Source: Sminthopsis crassicaudata
Taxonomy: Eukaryota
Length of the DNA: 64,000 nucleotides
Assembly: GCF_048593235.1 (NCBI RefSeq)
Contig: NC_133617.1
Location: forward strand, 72,872,937-72,936,936
Direction: 5' to 3'
The notes under the pieces are model-generated. The model was given only the letters and a program-made list of their open reading frames with translations, made no database searches and was not told the origin of the DNA. Below, piece after piece: positions 45,700 to 57,800 of this stretch. Each line of letters starts with the position of its first letter. Position 1 is the first letter of the stretch. Made by a program: the position numbers and the translations under genes.

Positions 45700-48340
45700 T
45701 AAAATGAGTATGAAGGCCTTTTTAAATTTTAATTCCTGATGAATTTAAAACTATACTATTCAGCATTCAGAGGTTTCATGTGGAAGGTGATGCTAGAACT
45801 GAGTTCTGAAGGCAACTAAGAGGGAAGGAGTGAATTCCAGGTATAGGAGATGAAATGTTGCTTGTGAGGAAGACCAGTTTGACTGGACCAGGGAACATGT
45901 GAAGGGCAATATCTGTAATAATATTGTAAAGGCAAATTAGAGTTGGTTTGTAAAAGGTTTTAAAAGGCAAATAGAACAGTTTGCATTTTTATTCTAGAGG
46001 CAATAGGGAATCCTGGAGTTTAATGACTAGGGGAACGTCAGGATCATTTCTGTGTTTTAGGAAAATCACTTAGCCTCTCTGTAGAGATTGGATTAGACAG
46101 AAAAGATATGAGTCCAGAGCTAATTAGGATGCTGCTGTCATGATCCAGTTGAAAGGTAATGAGAATCTGATCTAGGATGATAACCATATAAATGAAGAAG
46201 AGAGGACAGACACAAGAAATATTATGGAGGTAGGATTAATAAGACTTGGTAACTAGATATATAGGATGAAAGAAAATAAGAAGTTAAGGATGACACCAAG
46301 GTTGCAAAGCTAAGTGACTAGAAAGATGGTGTTGCCCCCAATAGAAATAAGGAAAATTTGTGGCAACTAGGTGGTCATGTGGCTAAAATACTGGGCTTGG
46401 AGTCAGAAATATCTGGTTCAAATCTAGCCTCAGACTTTTAATATGTGATTTTGGGCAAATCACTTAACCTCTATCTGCCTTAGTATCTCCAACCGTAAAC
46501 TGAAGATATAATTTATAACACTTAGTTCCAAGACCATTGTGAGATAATATCTGTTGTGATAAATTATATATTTATAAAACAGTTAGCATATTTCTTGGCA
46601 TGTAATAGATACTGTATAAAAGCTATAATTTTTATTAAGTTTTAAAGAGAAATGGGTGAGAGGAAGGAGAAAATAATACTGTTTTGGACATGTTGAGTTT
46701 GAAACAACTATAAGACATTGAGTTTGAAATGTCCAGTGGCAGATGATGACTCAAAACAGAGGTTCTGAGAAGGATAAGACTAATGAGAAGAGAAACAAGA
46801 AAAAACTGTGTCATGAAATTCCAAACAGGCAAGAGTATCTAGCAAGACAAAATGATCAACAGGGTCAAATGCTGGAGGATGGTCAAGAAGACAGGAGTGA
46901 GAAAAGTTCATTGGCTTTAGCAAAGAAGAAATCATGGAGGCAGAGAGGAGTCAAGATGGCAAAGAGAGAAGCAATGTTGTCCAGCACACCTCTTCCACAA
47001 TAACCTAAAAATGCATCTGTCCAAATTCTGATCTGAAAAATGAATAAAACATCATTGGTAACTTTGAAGAAATCAATTGCAATTAAGTGATAAGCCTGGA
47101 AGCAAATTTCAAAGGAGAGGAGAGTTAGGGGAGACAAGGAGAATAGAAAGCTTTTTTCTAGGAGTTTGAGAAATGGAAGAAAGATTTAAAATGATAGCAT
47201 TTAGGAACAGGAAGGTGGTAAAGGGGTTTTGGTTTGCTTGGTTTTTAGGATAGAGAAAGCTTGGGCACAGTTGTAGGCAGCAGGAAAGAAATGATAGATA
47301 AGGAGAGATTGGAGTTAATATGAAAATTCAAGAAAAGATGGATTCTTATGAAAGCAATCCACAAAAAAAGGAAGGAAAGATTGGGATGACAGGCACATAT
47401 AGAAAGGATGATTTTGGGAGGGCAGTCCACCTCACCAGCAGAAACTAGTAGCAAGAAATGATATCTAAGGATGGCAGGTATGAGAAGAGGAAGTTCATGG
47501 CAAATAACTGACTTCTGCTTTCTCAATGAAATATGATGCAAAATTCTCTGCTGATAAGATGGATGTATGGGGGGAAGGTGAAGAGCGGGGCTGGAGATGA
47601 GGACAGAAGGTCTGATATAGATGCTCTGAGTAGTGAAAAGTAAAATGATTGTTCTGCTATAGCCAGTGTTTTGTTGAGATCAGATAACAGAAATTTGTAG
47701 TAGATTCATCAAGTTGCCTGATTTCTATCAGCTTAGCAACAGATGAATGAATAGGATCACTCATACACCATTTATTTATTTTTCTTTTTCTGCTGAGGCA
47801 ATTGGGATTAAGTGACTTGTCCAGGGTCACACAACTAGGAAGTGTTAAGTGACTGAGGCCAGATTTGATCTCAGGTCCTCCTGACTTCAGGGCTGATGTT
47901 ATAGCCACTGTGCTACCTAGCTGCCTCTCACTCACCATTTATTAATGGTGACTATGTGACACCACTGTCCTAAGTACTGGAGCAGAAATAGGTGGTGGGA
48001 ATGATCCAAGATTAAGGTTTGGCAAGGATTCAAGTAGTGAAGGGCAAAAAGGCGAGGAATTTCAGAGGAGAGATCTGGTTAGCTATAGGGTCAAGCCTGG
48101 GAAGTGAAATCAAAACAGGTGACCAGATATCTTGAAAGAACTGAAGTCAGGATGGTGATGAGAATGCAACCAGCTGTAAGGCAAAGAGAGAAAAAACTAA
48201 GAGATTGTGGTCAGAGAAAGGAATTTCTGAATTATTGAGGATAGAAGTGGAACATGTGTGTGTGATACTAAAAACAAGGGTATGTTAGTCCTTATAGTTG
48301 CTGAGTTAGAAGAAAAAAAAAAAAAGGTCCTGAAAGTTTA
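45700..48340 (-). mobile_element. Long degraded L2, antisense, interrupted by SINEs
   Basis: Purine-rich antisense L2 text (gttttggacatgttgagtttgaa; gaatttcagaggagagatc; ttgaggtccc). Boundaries approximate. Confidence 0.6.
47771..47927 (-). mobile_element. WSINE1-like SINE, antisense
   Basis: ctgaggcaattgggattaagtgacttgtccagggtcacac...gctacctagctgcc. Confidence 0.85.
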
Positions 48341-49393
48341 GGTGATTGAGGAATTGGAAGGCCATTGTATAAGAGGGAATATCAGTGGGCATATTGAGGT
48401 CCCTTTGTATAAAGGCAGGAACTGAGGTGTCTCAAAGAAAGACTTTGAGCCAGGTATCAAGCTCCTTAAAAAAGAAGGATTTGAATTGTGTGATAGACAC
48501 AATTTGGATAGGCATCTGAGTGGCCCACTGGATAGAGCTCTGGGCCTGCGGTCAGGAAGACCTGCAATTAAATCCAGCCTGACACTTACTGTCTGGTAAC
48601 CTGGGCAAGTCACTTAATCCTTATGTGCCTCAGTTTCCTCAATTGTAAAATAAAGATAATAATAGCACCTTTCTCCCAGGGTGGTTGTATCAAATAAGAT
48701 GATATTTGCAAAGTAGTCAGCACAACAACAGAATACCAGAATTTAAGAGTTGGAAAAAAGCTCAGCAGTCACTTGGCCTGACTCGTGCCAGAAAAAGAAT
48801 TCCCACTCAGCATCTGTGACAAGTAGTGATCCAACTTCTTCTGGAAGATTTCCAATGAACTGGAGCCCATTCTCTCTAAAGGCAGCTAGTCATGCTTGGG
48901 GTAACCTATAACAGGTTAAACAAGCTTAAATGACCTCCATCGCCTGTTGTTCTTTGTCTTACTTTGTAACCCTAAATGCTGTGATCTTTTTTTTTTTTTT
49001 TTTTTTTAAATTTCCCCACTGTGGGAACATGTGAAGAGAACTGAGCAAACAAATGGAGCCTGGGCACCAAAGCTGGGCAGGTAACATTGCCCTTAGAACC
49101 ACCAGTCCCTCCTCCCCCAACTCCAGTTCCACCACTCAAGCTTCTTGTTTAGCAGAAAGGAAGCAGATCTTAACCCTAACTGTTGGCCAAGGGTTGGTGG
49201 CTTCCTGTCGGGGGTGGGAACTGGTGATTTCACTTAGATCAGAGATGCTTCTTTAGGAAAGGGAAAACTGGGTCATGGGCCCATCCTTCTGAGCCTTTTG
49301 CTCAGGAGCAGCTTCCATGCTGGAGTCACGGCTCAGCAGCCAGTACTTCCTCTGAGGTAAGCTTCTACTCAGAAACTCAGCCTACACCCCCAC

Positions 49394-49402
49394 TTCCCGG
49401 AA
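49394..49402. promoter_or_regulatory. GAS (STAT) element TTCCCGGAA overlapping an ETS core, just upstream of the ICAM ATG
   Basis: Exact high-affinity GAS core, ending 57 nt before the ATG at 49460. Confidence 0.6.
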
Positions 49403-49459
49403 GACAGGAGGCAGCTCTGCTTCTCTGCAATCCCGCTGCTGCTACCCACCCAGCCTTCT

Positions 49460-52400
49460 ATGGCACTCCTCAAAACCTGGTCCAAGTTGTCCTTGAACCT
49501 TCTGGTGTTTGCTGTCACGTTCTCAGGTGAGACCCTGGCAAAGGAGAGGGCTCCCTGTAAGTCCCTAGGCTCTCCAACCCCCAGCTTTGAGAGAAGACAG
49601 GGAGGCGAAAGAGAGGCCCGGGCTTTTGCCCTTTGGGCCCAGAGAGGAGGATAACCTGGAGGACAGTATCCCCAACTTAGCCTTGCTTGGCCCAAAGAAG
49701 TTGATTCCTCAAAGTGTAAGAGGGAGCTCTGGGATCTTTGTATCTATAGGGGAATGTGGGTGGAAGGGTGAGAAAGGGGCTGAGACACTTGTTAAGCCAG
49801 GAAGACCTTTCTTAAGAAGAAAGCCTGAGGCAACCACCTTAGCTTTGTGCTTGCAGGGGCTCCAGGAATCATGTGGATAGAACCCCCAGACCCAGTGACC
49901 ACTCCTGGTGGGACAGTGGTAGTGAAGTGCAGTACAGATTGTGATCAGCCACTGCTCATCGGTCTGGAGACCCAACTTGACAAGACACCAGAAGACAACG
50001 GGACCAGATGGCGAGCATTCCGACTAAGAAACATAACCCAGGATAGTCTTCTTCTCTGCTTTGTCAATTGCAAAGACAAAGGCCAGATGCTCCACAGTAC
50101 CAATGTCACTGTGATTCGTGAGTGACTGGGTTGAGGGGGGGGGGTGCACATACTTAGTGACTCTGGCCCAGAACCATACCTAGGATAGGATAGCGAGGGA
50201 TTTGCCATAGATTCATCAACATAGGCAACAGATTTCCTGGGCATGGGCAAATGTGTTCTCTAGAGTCTTCCCATGCCTGACCTGGAAGATCTCTAGTAGT
50301 CTTTATTGCCATGGGGACAACCACCTGTGGACTACTGTGTCTGGGATCTCTCTAGCACACCTCTGCAGGAGGTCCCCTTTCCTCCTAACCTACTCTAGGG
50401 GAGCTGTTCACCCTATGTTTTAGCATGCTAACACCTATCATTAGACGAGCAAAAAACCAAGTGTTTGTTTTGGTTTACCAAAACTGGGTGCCAGGGACTA
50501 AGTGCTTTACAAACATTTACTCATTTAATCTTCACAAAAATCTTGGGAGATAGGTGCTATGATGACCCCCCATTTTAGGTAAGGAAACTGAGGCAGAAAG
50601 AGGTTAAGTAGTGACTTACCCAGTTACTAGTATCTGAGGTCATATTTGAACTCAGGTCTTTCTGTCTCTAGGATCATTGGAGTCAGGTCTAGCTGAGTCA
50701 GCAATGTTCCCTCTCAAGCAAAATGCAAATGGCTTGTGGGTCATCTGACCCGCATGAAAGACTGAGTCCAGGCGGGGTCCTAGGGCCTAGGGAATGAGAA
50801 AATCATTTGCCACCAGTGAACTGTGAAATGTGGGATCTGGAGGGGGTCGTGTGCATGCTACAGATAGGGTATCTTGTGATTGACCAAGAGAGGCTGAAAG
50901 GTCAGAAGCAAAGGAAGCAGGTATATGATGATGAGTAAAGCCTCGGTTTCCTGGACAAGATAGTCTACTCCTTCAGTCTTGTTTTAGCTCTAAATCTATG
51001 GTTATATAATCTCCTGACCAGACCACCTTATTGCTTCCTTCTGATCCAGCACCATTCCCCTTCCTCAATCCAGCTACTGAACAATTCAATCAGTATGATA
51101 GTAAGAAAGAAAAATCATTTAACCTCCACATAGCACTTACTATGCAAATCTGTTGATTACAGAAAATCTAGGAAAGATTAATTTAAATCTTTTCATTAAG
51201 GTTCACTAAGCTGGGTTCAAAAAAGATTCAATCAACTTAACCTAAAAAAGCTTTAATTCTGATAAAGTGTTTTAAAAGGGATATCTGGATATTTATTTAA
51301 ATCCTGGATTGAGGCAATCAATTAACATTTAATAAGTGCTTACTAGGTACACAGGTACTAAGATCTGGAGGCACAAACTGAGACAAAAGACAGTTCCGGC
51401 CCTCTTACAACATTGAGGAGACAACAAATATACGCAAAGCAAGCCATGTAGAGGATATATAATAACAGAAAGAAGGCACTGAATTAAGAGGGGATGGGGA
51501 AGGCTTCCAGTAAAGGATGGGATTTTAGTTTGGACTTAGCTGGGGAGGGGACTAGCCAAAGGACAAAAGGGAGATCTTTCTAGCATGAGGGACAACCAGA
51601 GACAATGTCCAAACCAGAACATATACTCTGAAGAACAGCCAGGAGCCAGTGTGACTAGATTAAAGAAGCACTTGGCAAGGGGGTAAGATGTAAGATGACT
51701 GGAAAGATAGGAGGGGGCTTGTTCATGAAGGATCTGACTGCCAAATAGAATACTCTGTGTTGGGGGCAGGCTCTTAAACCACTAGTTTCACTGTGTTGGC
51801 TACCAAGCCCTTCCACGAGGAGCAGGGAGGAACTAGGGCTATACTCCGCTCTCACAGACACTTGGGCTTCTCTCCCTTCTTCCTAGAGCCGCCAGAACCT
51901 GTGAAGCTTGAGCTCCCGCCTCAATGGATCCTTGTGGGCCAGAACTTCACCCTTCGATGCCAAGTCTGGGGTGGGAAACCCAGACAAAACCTGACCTTGG
52001 CACTGCTTCGGGGATCTCAAGAGCTGAGCAGGCAGAAAGCCCCTGAGCAAGACCCCAGAAAGGCAGCAGAGATCACATTCACAGCCACAGCCAGAATCGA
52101 GGACCACGGAGTCAATTTCTCCTGCAGAGCAGAACTGGACCTACAGCCACAAGGGCTAGGACTCTATCAGAAAAGCTCAGCCCCCGTGGAGCTCCACACC
52201 TTTGGTGAGGGGTAAAAGGAGCAGCTGGGCACAGCCAAAGCTGATGACCCCCTCTGGTCTATCCCCACCCGTCTCAACTGCCCCTCTCCTGTTCCCTCTT
52301 GTCCCCCCAGGCCTGGGTACTCCTCATCTCACAAGCCCCAAGCTTCTGGAGGTCGGGAAGGAGGAAAATGTCAGCTGTGAGATTGATGAGCTCTTCCCAG

Positions 52401-54451
52401 TGGAGAATGCCCAAATCCATTTGTCCCTGGGAGGGAGAAGCCTGAGTTCTTCAGTCACCCGGAGCCAGGACATGCTCAGAGCCACAGCCATAGCAACCAT
52501 CCAAGAGGGAGACAGAGAGGGCCAGTGGGAGCTGACTTGCAATGTGACCCTGGGGAATCAGAACCGGGAAGTCCAGGGAAACCTGACCATCTACAGTAAG
52601 GAGAGTCATATACAGGGCTAAGAAGTTGGGGGGGGGGTGGAGCAGAGGCAAGGTCAGGGCTTTGTTTAGCTTACTGAGGCTACCCCAATGATCCCTGCCC
52701 TTTCCCCAGGTTTCCCTCTGCCTAAATTGGTGATCAGTGAGTCCAATGTATCTGAGGGGACTCTGGTGAACGTGACCTGCGAAGCTAGGACAGGTGCCAA
52801 GGTGTACCTCAATGGGACCCCAAAGTCTCCTGGCAAGGCTGCTCAGCTCTCCCTGAAAGCCGCTGAGGAACACGACGGCTCCTGGATTACCTGCCAAGCT
52901 GTCCTGGAGGTGCTGGGAGAGCAGTTATGGAGGAACAGGAGCCTGAAGCTTCTGGTTCAGTGTGAGTACTTGATCACCAACTCTTTGTGCTGCCAGCAAA
53001 GTCCAGAAATAAACATTGAGCAGCCTTATATTCCATGCCCCGTTGTGGCAGGAACCTCTGCCCTCAAAGGGGCTTAGTTAGATAGAATGATGTGGGCATT
53101 TCTCACACACACACACAAACATATGTGCAGTAGTGGGTAGAGTGTAATCAGGGCAAGAGATGGATACAGACAAATCACTTAGATAATAATCAGAAAATAC
53201 TTCATAGACGGGAGGATGGGCCCTGAAGGTAGAGGAGAGACAGTATAGGAAACAGCTGTGCTTGGAAATAAACTCTGCAAAGGGGAAGATCATACAAGGC
53301 TGGAAAGGTAGGTTGGAAGCTAATAATGCTGGAACTTCATGGATTCTTAGAAAATGCTTTGGGTGGAGTCCTGGCTTGAAGTCAGGAAAACCTAAATTCA
53401 AATTCAGCCTTATTAGCTGTGTGACTCAGGGCAAGTCATTTAACCTTCATTTGCCTCAGTTTACTCATCTGAAAAATGGGGATAATAACATCTATCTCCC
53501 GGGGTTGTGATGATCAAATGAAACAATGTATTTAGTACTGTCAGCTCAATATAAACATGTAAGTTACCAAAAAAAAAAAAAATTGTTGAGTAACTTCCCA
53601 ACAATCCTATGAGGTTAAACAGTCTAAGTATCTATTAAATCTACTTAACAGATGCCTAGAGAAGTTAAATAATTTGCCTCTCTGGTCCCATAGCAAAGCG
53701 TCAGAGGTGGCACAATGTCTCAAAAGTTTGCATTTTACAAGACAATAGCTGCTGAAGGTTTTCGAAGCAAGTCACATGATCAGACCTGGGTATTATTACT
53801 CCTCATGAAATTGACATAAAATAGTGTCAGTGCTCTCAGGCTTATCTGGCACTTTGCACACCTCAAATTTAATTGGATAAAAACCTCTGACTCCTGAAGG
53901 AACGTGTCAGTCAGGGTCTCCCCAGCCTCCGCACTAACCCCGCTTTCACAGATGGCCCACGGCTGAAAGAGGCCGACTGTCCTGGGACCTGGGCCTGGCC
54001 AGAGGGGACCCAGCAGATCCCGCGGTGCAGGGCCAGCGGAAATCCCACGCCATCGGTGGCCTGTGTCCGGGACTACGACCACATGAGCCTACCTCTCGGA
54101 GTCCCCCTGAAGGTCTCCAGGTCTCACGCAGGCCCCTACCGCTGCACAGCCACGAGCCGCAGGGGCCAGGCGGCCAAATATGTGACCGTGACCATAGCGG
54201 GTGAGTGGCCGTGGCGGGAGGAAGCGAAAGCCGGGCCGGGCTAGCTGGGACCCTGATCCTCTCTATTTGTCCCCTCTTCCCACCCCGCAGAACCCCCGAG
54301 GGACTCGGTGCCAATCATTATGGGGGTGCTGCTGACGGTGGGCCTCGCGATCATGGCGGGGACGATCGCAGCCCTGTGCCTCCGGCAGAGGAAGCGAAGA
54401 GGCAGTTACGAGCCGCAGATGCTGCCCCTGAGAGATCGGCAAGCCGACTGA
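49460..54451 (+). CDS. ICAM3: Intercellular adhesion molecule with five Ig domains; positional orthologue of ICAM3, 530 aa
   Basis: Exons 49460-49526 (signal), 49857-50117 (D1; CSTDC...IGLET...CFVNC, integrin-binding Glu present), 51887-52204, 52311-52595, 52710-52961, 53952-54200 and 54291-54451 (TM and tail). All introns phase 1, total 1593 nt. About 13 N-x-S/T sequons, three in D1. Position between TYK2 and RAVER1 matches human ICAM3; paralogue identity rests mainly on synteny. Confidence 0.88.
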
Positions 54452-54506
54452 GCAACCGCCGCCGACCCCTCTTAGAGGTCCAAACCCGGAAGCCTCAGCC
54501 TAGATC

Positions 54507-54512
54507 AATAAA
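54507..54512 (+). terminator. ICAM3 polyadenylation signal AATAAA
   Basis: Starts 56 nt after the stop codon, and is the only AATAAA seen before the RAVER1 promoter. Confidence 0.8.
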
Positions 54513-54559
54513 CTACCACAGACACAGCCTCCGACCTCTTGCTAAACTCTCCGCGGGTT

Positions 54560-54849
54560 CGTCCGCTGGTCCACGTGGGGCGGGGCCACGAGGAGGCATG
54601 CTCACCGTTTCCGCCGGTCACTTCAATCACGCCTCCCCACCTATAATAGGCTACCAAAGTCCAATTAGGGAACAGAGCTAACCCATGAGTGGGCGGGGTG
54701 ATGGCGGGAGGAGTTTCGCAGCCAATGGGCTGCAAAAGGATCGGAGGGAGGTGGGACTAGACCTAGCCAATGGATGGGCGCGGAGCCGTTGCCGCTCTAG
54801 GCCGCTCCGCCCCAGCTCGCTGGTCCCAGAAGGCGCCGGGTTTCCCAAG
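54560..54849 (+). promoter_or_regulatory. RAVER1: RAVER1 CpG-island promoter
   Basis: CACGTG and GGGGCGGGG near 54572-54586; CCAAT at 54661, 54722 and 54767; ATG context CCAAGATGGCGG at 54850. Confidence 0.75.
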
Positions 54850-57800
54850 ATGGCGGCAGACGTGTCCGTTACTCACCGGCCCCCGCTGAGCCCGGAGCCC
54901 GAGGCTGAGGCCGAAGCGGGCAGTGTCGGGGAGCGTAGGGCGCAGGACGAGAAGCTGCCGCCCCTAGATCCCGAAGAGGTGCGGAGCCGCCTGGAGCGGA
55001 CTGAGCGCCAGTTCCGTAACCGCCGAAAGATCCTCATCCGGGGCCTCCCGGGGGACGTGACCAACCAGGTGTGACGCGGGGGGTATGGGGGAGAGATAGG
55101 GAAGGAGAGAGGCAGGAAAGACCCATATTCATGGTGTGTGTGAATGGAGTTGGGGGAGGCACGGACACGGACCAGAGACAGCGCATGAGGCTGGCTGGGA
55201 GGCCCGCGGGCAAGACCTCTGACGGCTGGAGGGACTGAGGGGCATCCTCCGCCTCGGGGTTGGGGGGTAGTGGGAGAGACCGACGTGGGAGTTCGGGGCG
55301 GGGTACGCCTAGGGAGCGTGCTGCGCTGGGGGGGGGAAGGGAGAGAAGGAAAAGATCAAAGGGGCGTGGCAGCCCCGAAGCAACCAACCAATTTGGGCGA
55401 GGCCGGATGATTGACGTTGCGGGGAGGGACCGTGGACGGTCTTGGGAGGGACGCTGGTAGTAGGTCTGATGGGGTGTTAGGGCGGTGGGCTAGTGGGGGG
55501 CGGGGAATCTCCACACCGGGAACCTGCTGCGCCAAACTGGGACGTCTGAGGCTCGTGGCCAGTCCAGCATAGCCCAGAGACAACAGGTTTATGGACTGCC
55601 TACTAGCTCTTGGCCTTTTCCTATGCCCTCGGGGTGGAAGGGAGGGAGGCAGCCAGCCTCCAATTCCAGAAATTGTGGAAGGGCAAACTTAGAGGGATGC
55701 CCGGCCTTCTTTTCACTAATCCTTCAGCCTTAGTAAAACAGAAGTCTCCCCGGGTGCCTGATGTGAGCCTTCGGGTCCCGACTCTGGGCTGGCTTCCATT
55801 GCAGTTCCCTTTTTCCTCCAGGCGTGCTGGGAAAATGGAAAATTTGTTTTGTGGTCTAGTGCCCTTTGAGGCAGTGGAGATGGAAGTGTGGAAGGCACTT
55901 ATTTCCGGGAAGGAGCGGGCACTTTTGTAAAGAAAGGAGGCTGTAAATGTGAATCTGAGGCTGGTGGTTGGGGATTTTGTTAGACTGGAATCGCTGAGAA
56001 GGAGCTCACTAGGAAGGGACCCCACTGGTGGCTTCTTGGGTTTCAGGGCGAACACTCCTCGGCCCTAGCAGGGCATTAGCGCTTGTGGAGTGGGTGCTGC
56101 CCACCGCGCCAGCTCTGCGGGTAACACGATGTCGCCCCTCAGGAGCACTGTCAGGACAGTCAGCCCCCACACATATCCCCTCTAAGTTCTCTTCATCCCT
56201 ATTCCATTTTCTACCTTAGGATCCCTGCTTTAAGACTCCAGGTGACATTCTCAATATGTCTATTTCTCTAGGAAGTTCATGACCTCCTCAGTGACTATGA
56301 ACTCAAGTACTGTTTTGTGGACAAGTACAAGGGAACTGGTGAGTGGTGCTGTGGCTGGGAGTGCAAGTAGGGGAGGTGGCTCCAGGTCAGGAGGCTGAGG
56401 TTCTGAAGGCAGCTGCGTCACTTTGGGCGCTTAGTCTATGATCTCTTCCCTTAGCATTTGTGACTCTATTGAATGGAGAACAAGCAGAGTCAGCAATCCG
56501 TGCATTTCACCAGAGCCACTTGAGAGACAAAGAGTTGTCGGTGCAATTGCAGCCTACAGATGCCCTGCTTTGTATCGCCAACTTGCCCCCAAGCTACACA
56601 CAGCAGCAGTTTGAGGAGCTGGTGAGGCCCTTTGGCAATCTGGAGCGCTGTTTCCTGGTGTACAGTGAGCACAGTGGCCACTCCAAGGGCTATGGCTTCG
56701 TGGAGTATATGAAGAAGGATTCAGCAGCTCGAGCTAAGTCAGACCTGCTGGGCAAGCCGCTCGGCCCCCGGACTCTGTATGTTCATTGGACAGATGCCAG
56801 CCAGCTCACTCCGGCACTATTGCATTCACGTTGCCTCTGTGTCGACCACCTACCCCAAGGCTACAGTGATGTGGATGAACTTCGACAGGCTCTCTCTTCT
56901 GTACACCCTCCTACCTTTTGCCAGGTGAGCAGGCTCCCTGTTGTCAGGTTTTTATAGCTTTATTAAGAGGGTCATGAGAGGTACCTTAAGAATTCACTTC
57001 ACTTCATTGAGAAAATTGGCCTGGGGACAGGGCATGATTTGCCCAACATTCCCACAGATAATGCCAGAGCCATGATTTGAATTTGGGTTCTCTCTAAATC
57101 TTTTGGTTTTTCTGTTATGTCAGGACTTTAGATTTCTTGACTTGCCTAGTCGTAAAACTGGAGTATAGATAGTGACAGACCTCCCCATTGATTTCTTCTT
57201 TTATTCTACAGCTTGCATATGGGCAGGATGGACAGCTGAAGGGATTTGCAGTATTGGAGTATGAGACTTCACAGATGGCTGAAGAAGCTCAGCAGGAAGC
57301 AGATGGGATGGTCCTGGCTGGGAGCCCTATCAGAGTCTCTTTCTGTGCCCCGGGTCCCCCTGGCCGAAGCATGCTAGCTGCCCTCATTGCTGCCCAGGCC
57401 ACAGTGAGTAGGATCTCCCTGGACATAGAGCACTAAGCTCATTAAGAGACTCATGTTCCCTAGGTTTGGGATCTCTTCCTTCTGGTCAAGGTCTGGGTTA
57501 TCTGTGTAGAAATGCTGGAGTATGAATGGGTTCTTTGGTTTGTCTCTTAAGGCTCTGAACAGGGGGAAGGGACTACTGCCTGAGCCAAACATTCTTCAGA
57601 TCCTCAGTAGTTTAGGCCCGCCTGCGTCGCTACAACTTCTCCTGAATCCCCTGTTGCACGGCCCTGGGAGTGGAAACAAGCAGGGTAAGTGTTCCCCTTA
57701 GCCTGCTGTGATATGGGCATAGAGCCTGGGAATGGTCTGTGAAGTAAGGAAATACAGTGGGAAAAGGGAAGTAGTGAATGGGACTGGTTTTTCTGACTTT

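Noticed and set aside
26100-49300. An extra ICAM paralogue or other hidden gene in the 23-kb TYK2-ICAM3 interval
   Set aside because: I saw no Ig-domain exons, CpG island or spliceable ORF chain. The recognisable content is repeats; only the 168-nt gap is unreadable.
54685-54849. In-frame upstream ATG extending RAVER1 by 55 aa
   Set aside because: The ATG lies among the promoter CCAAT boxes, probably upstream of the transcription start. The conserved start is MAADVS at 54850.
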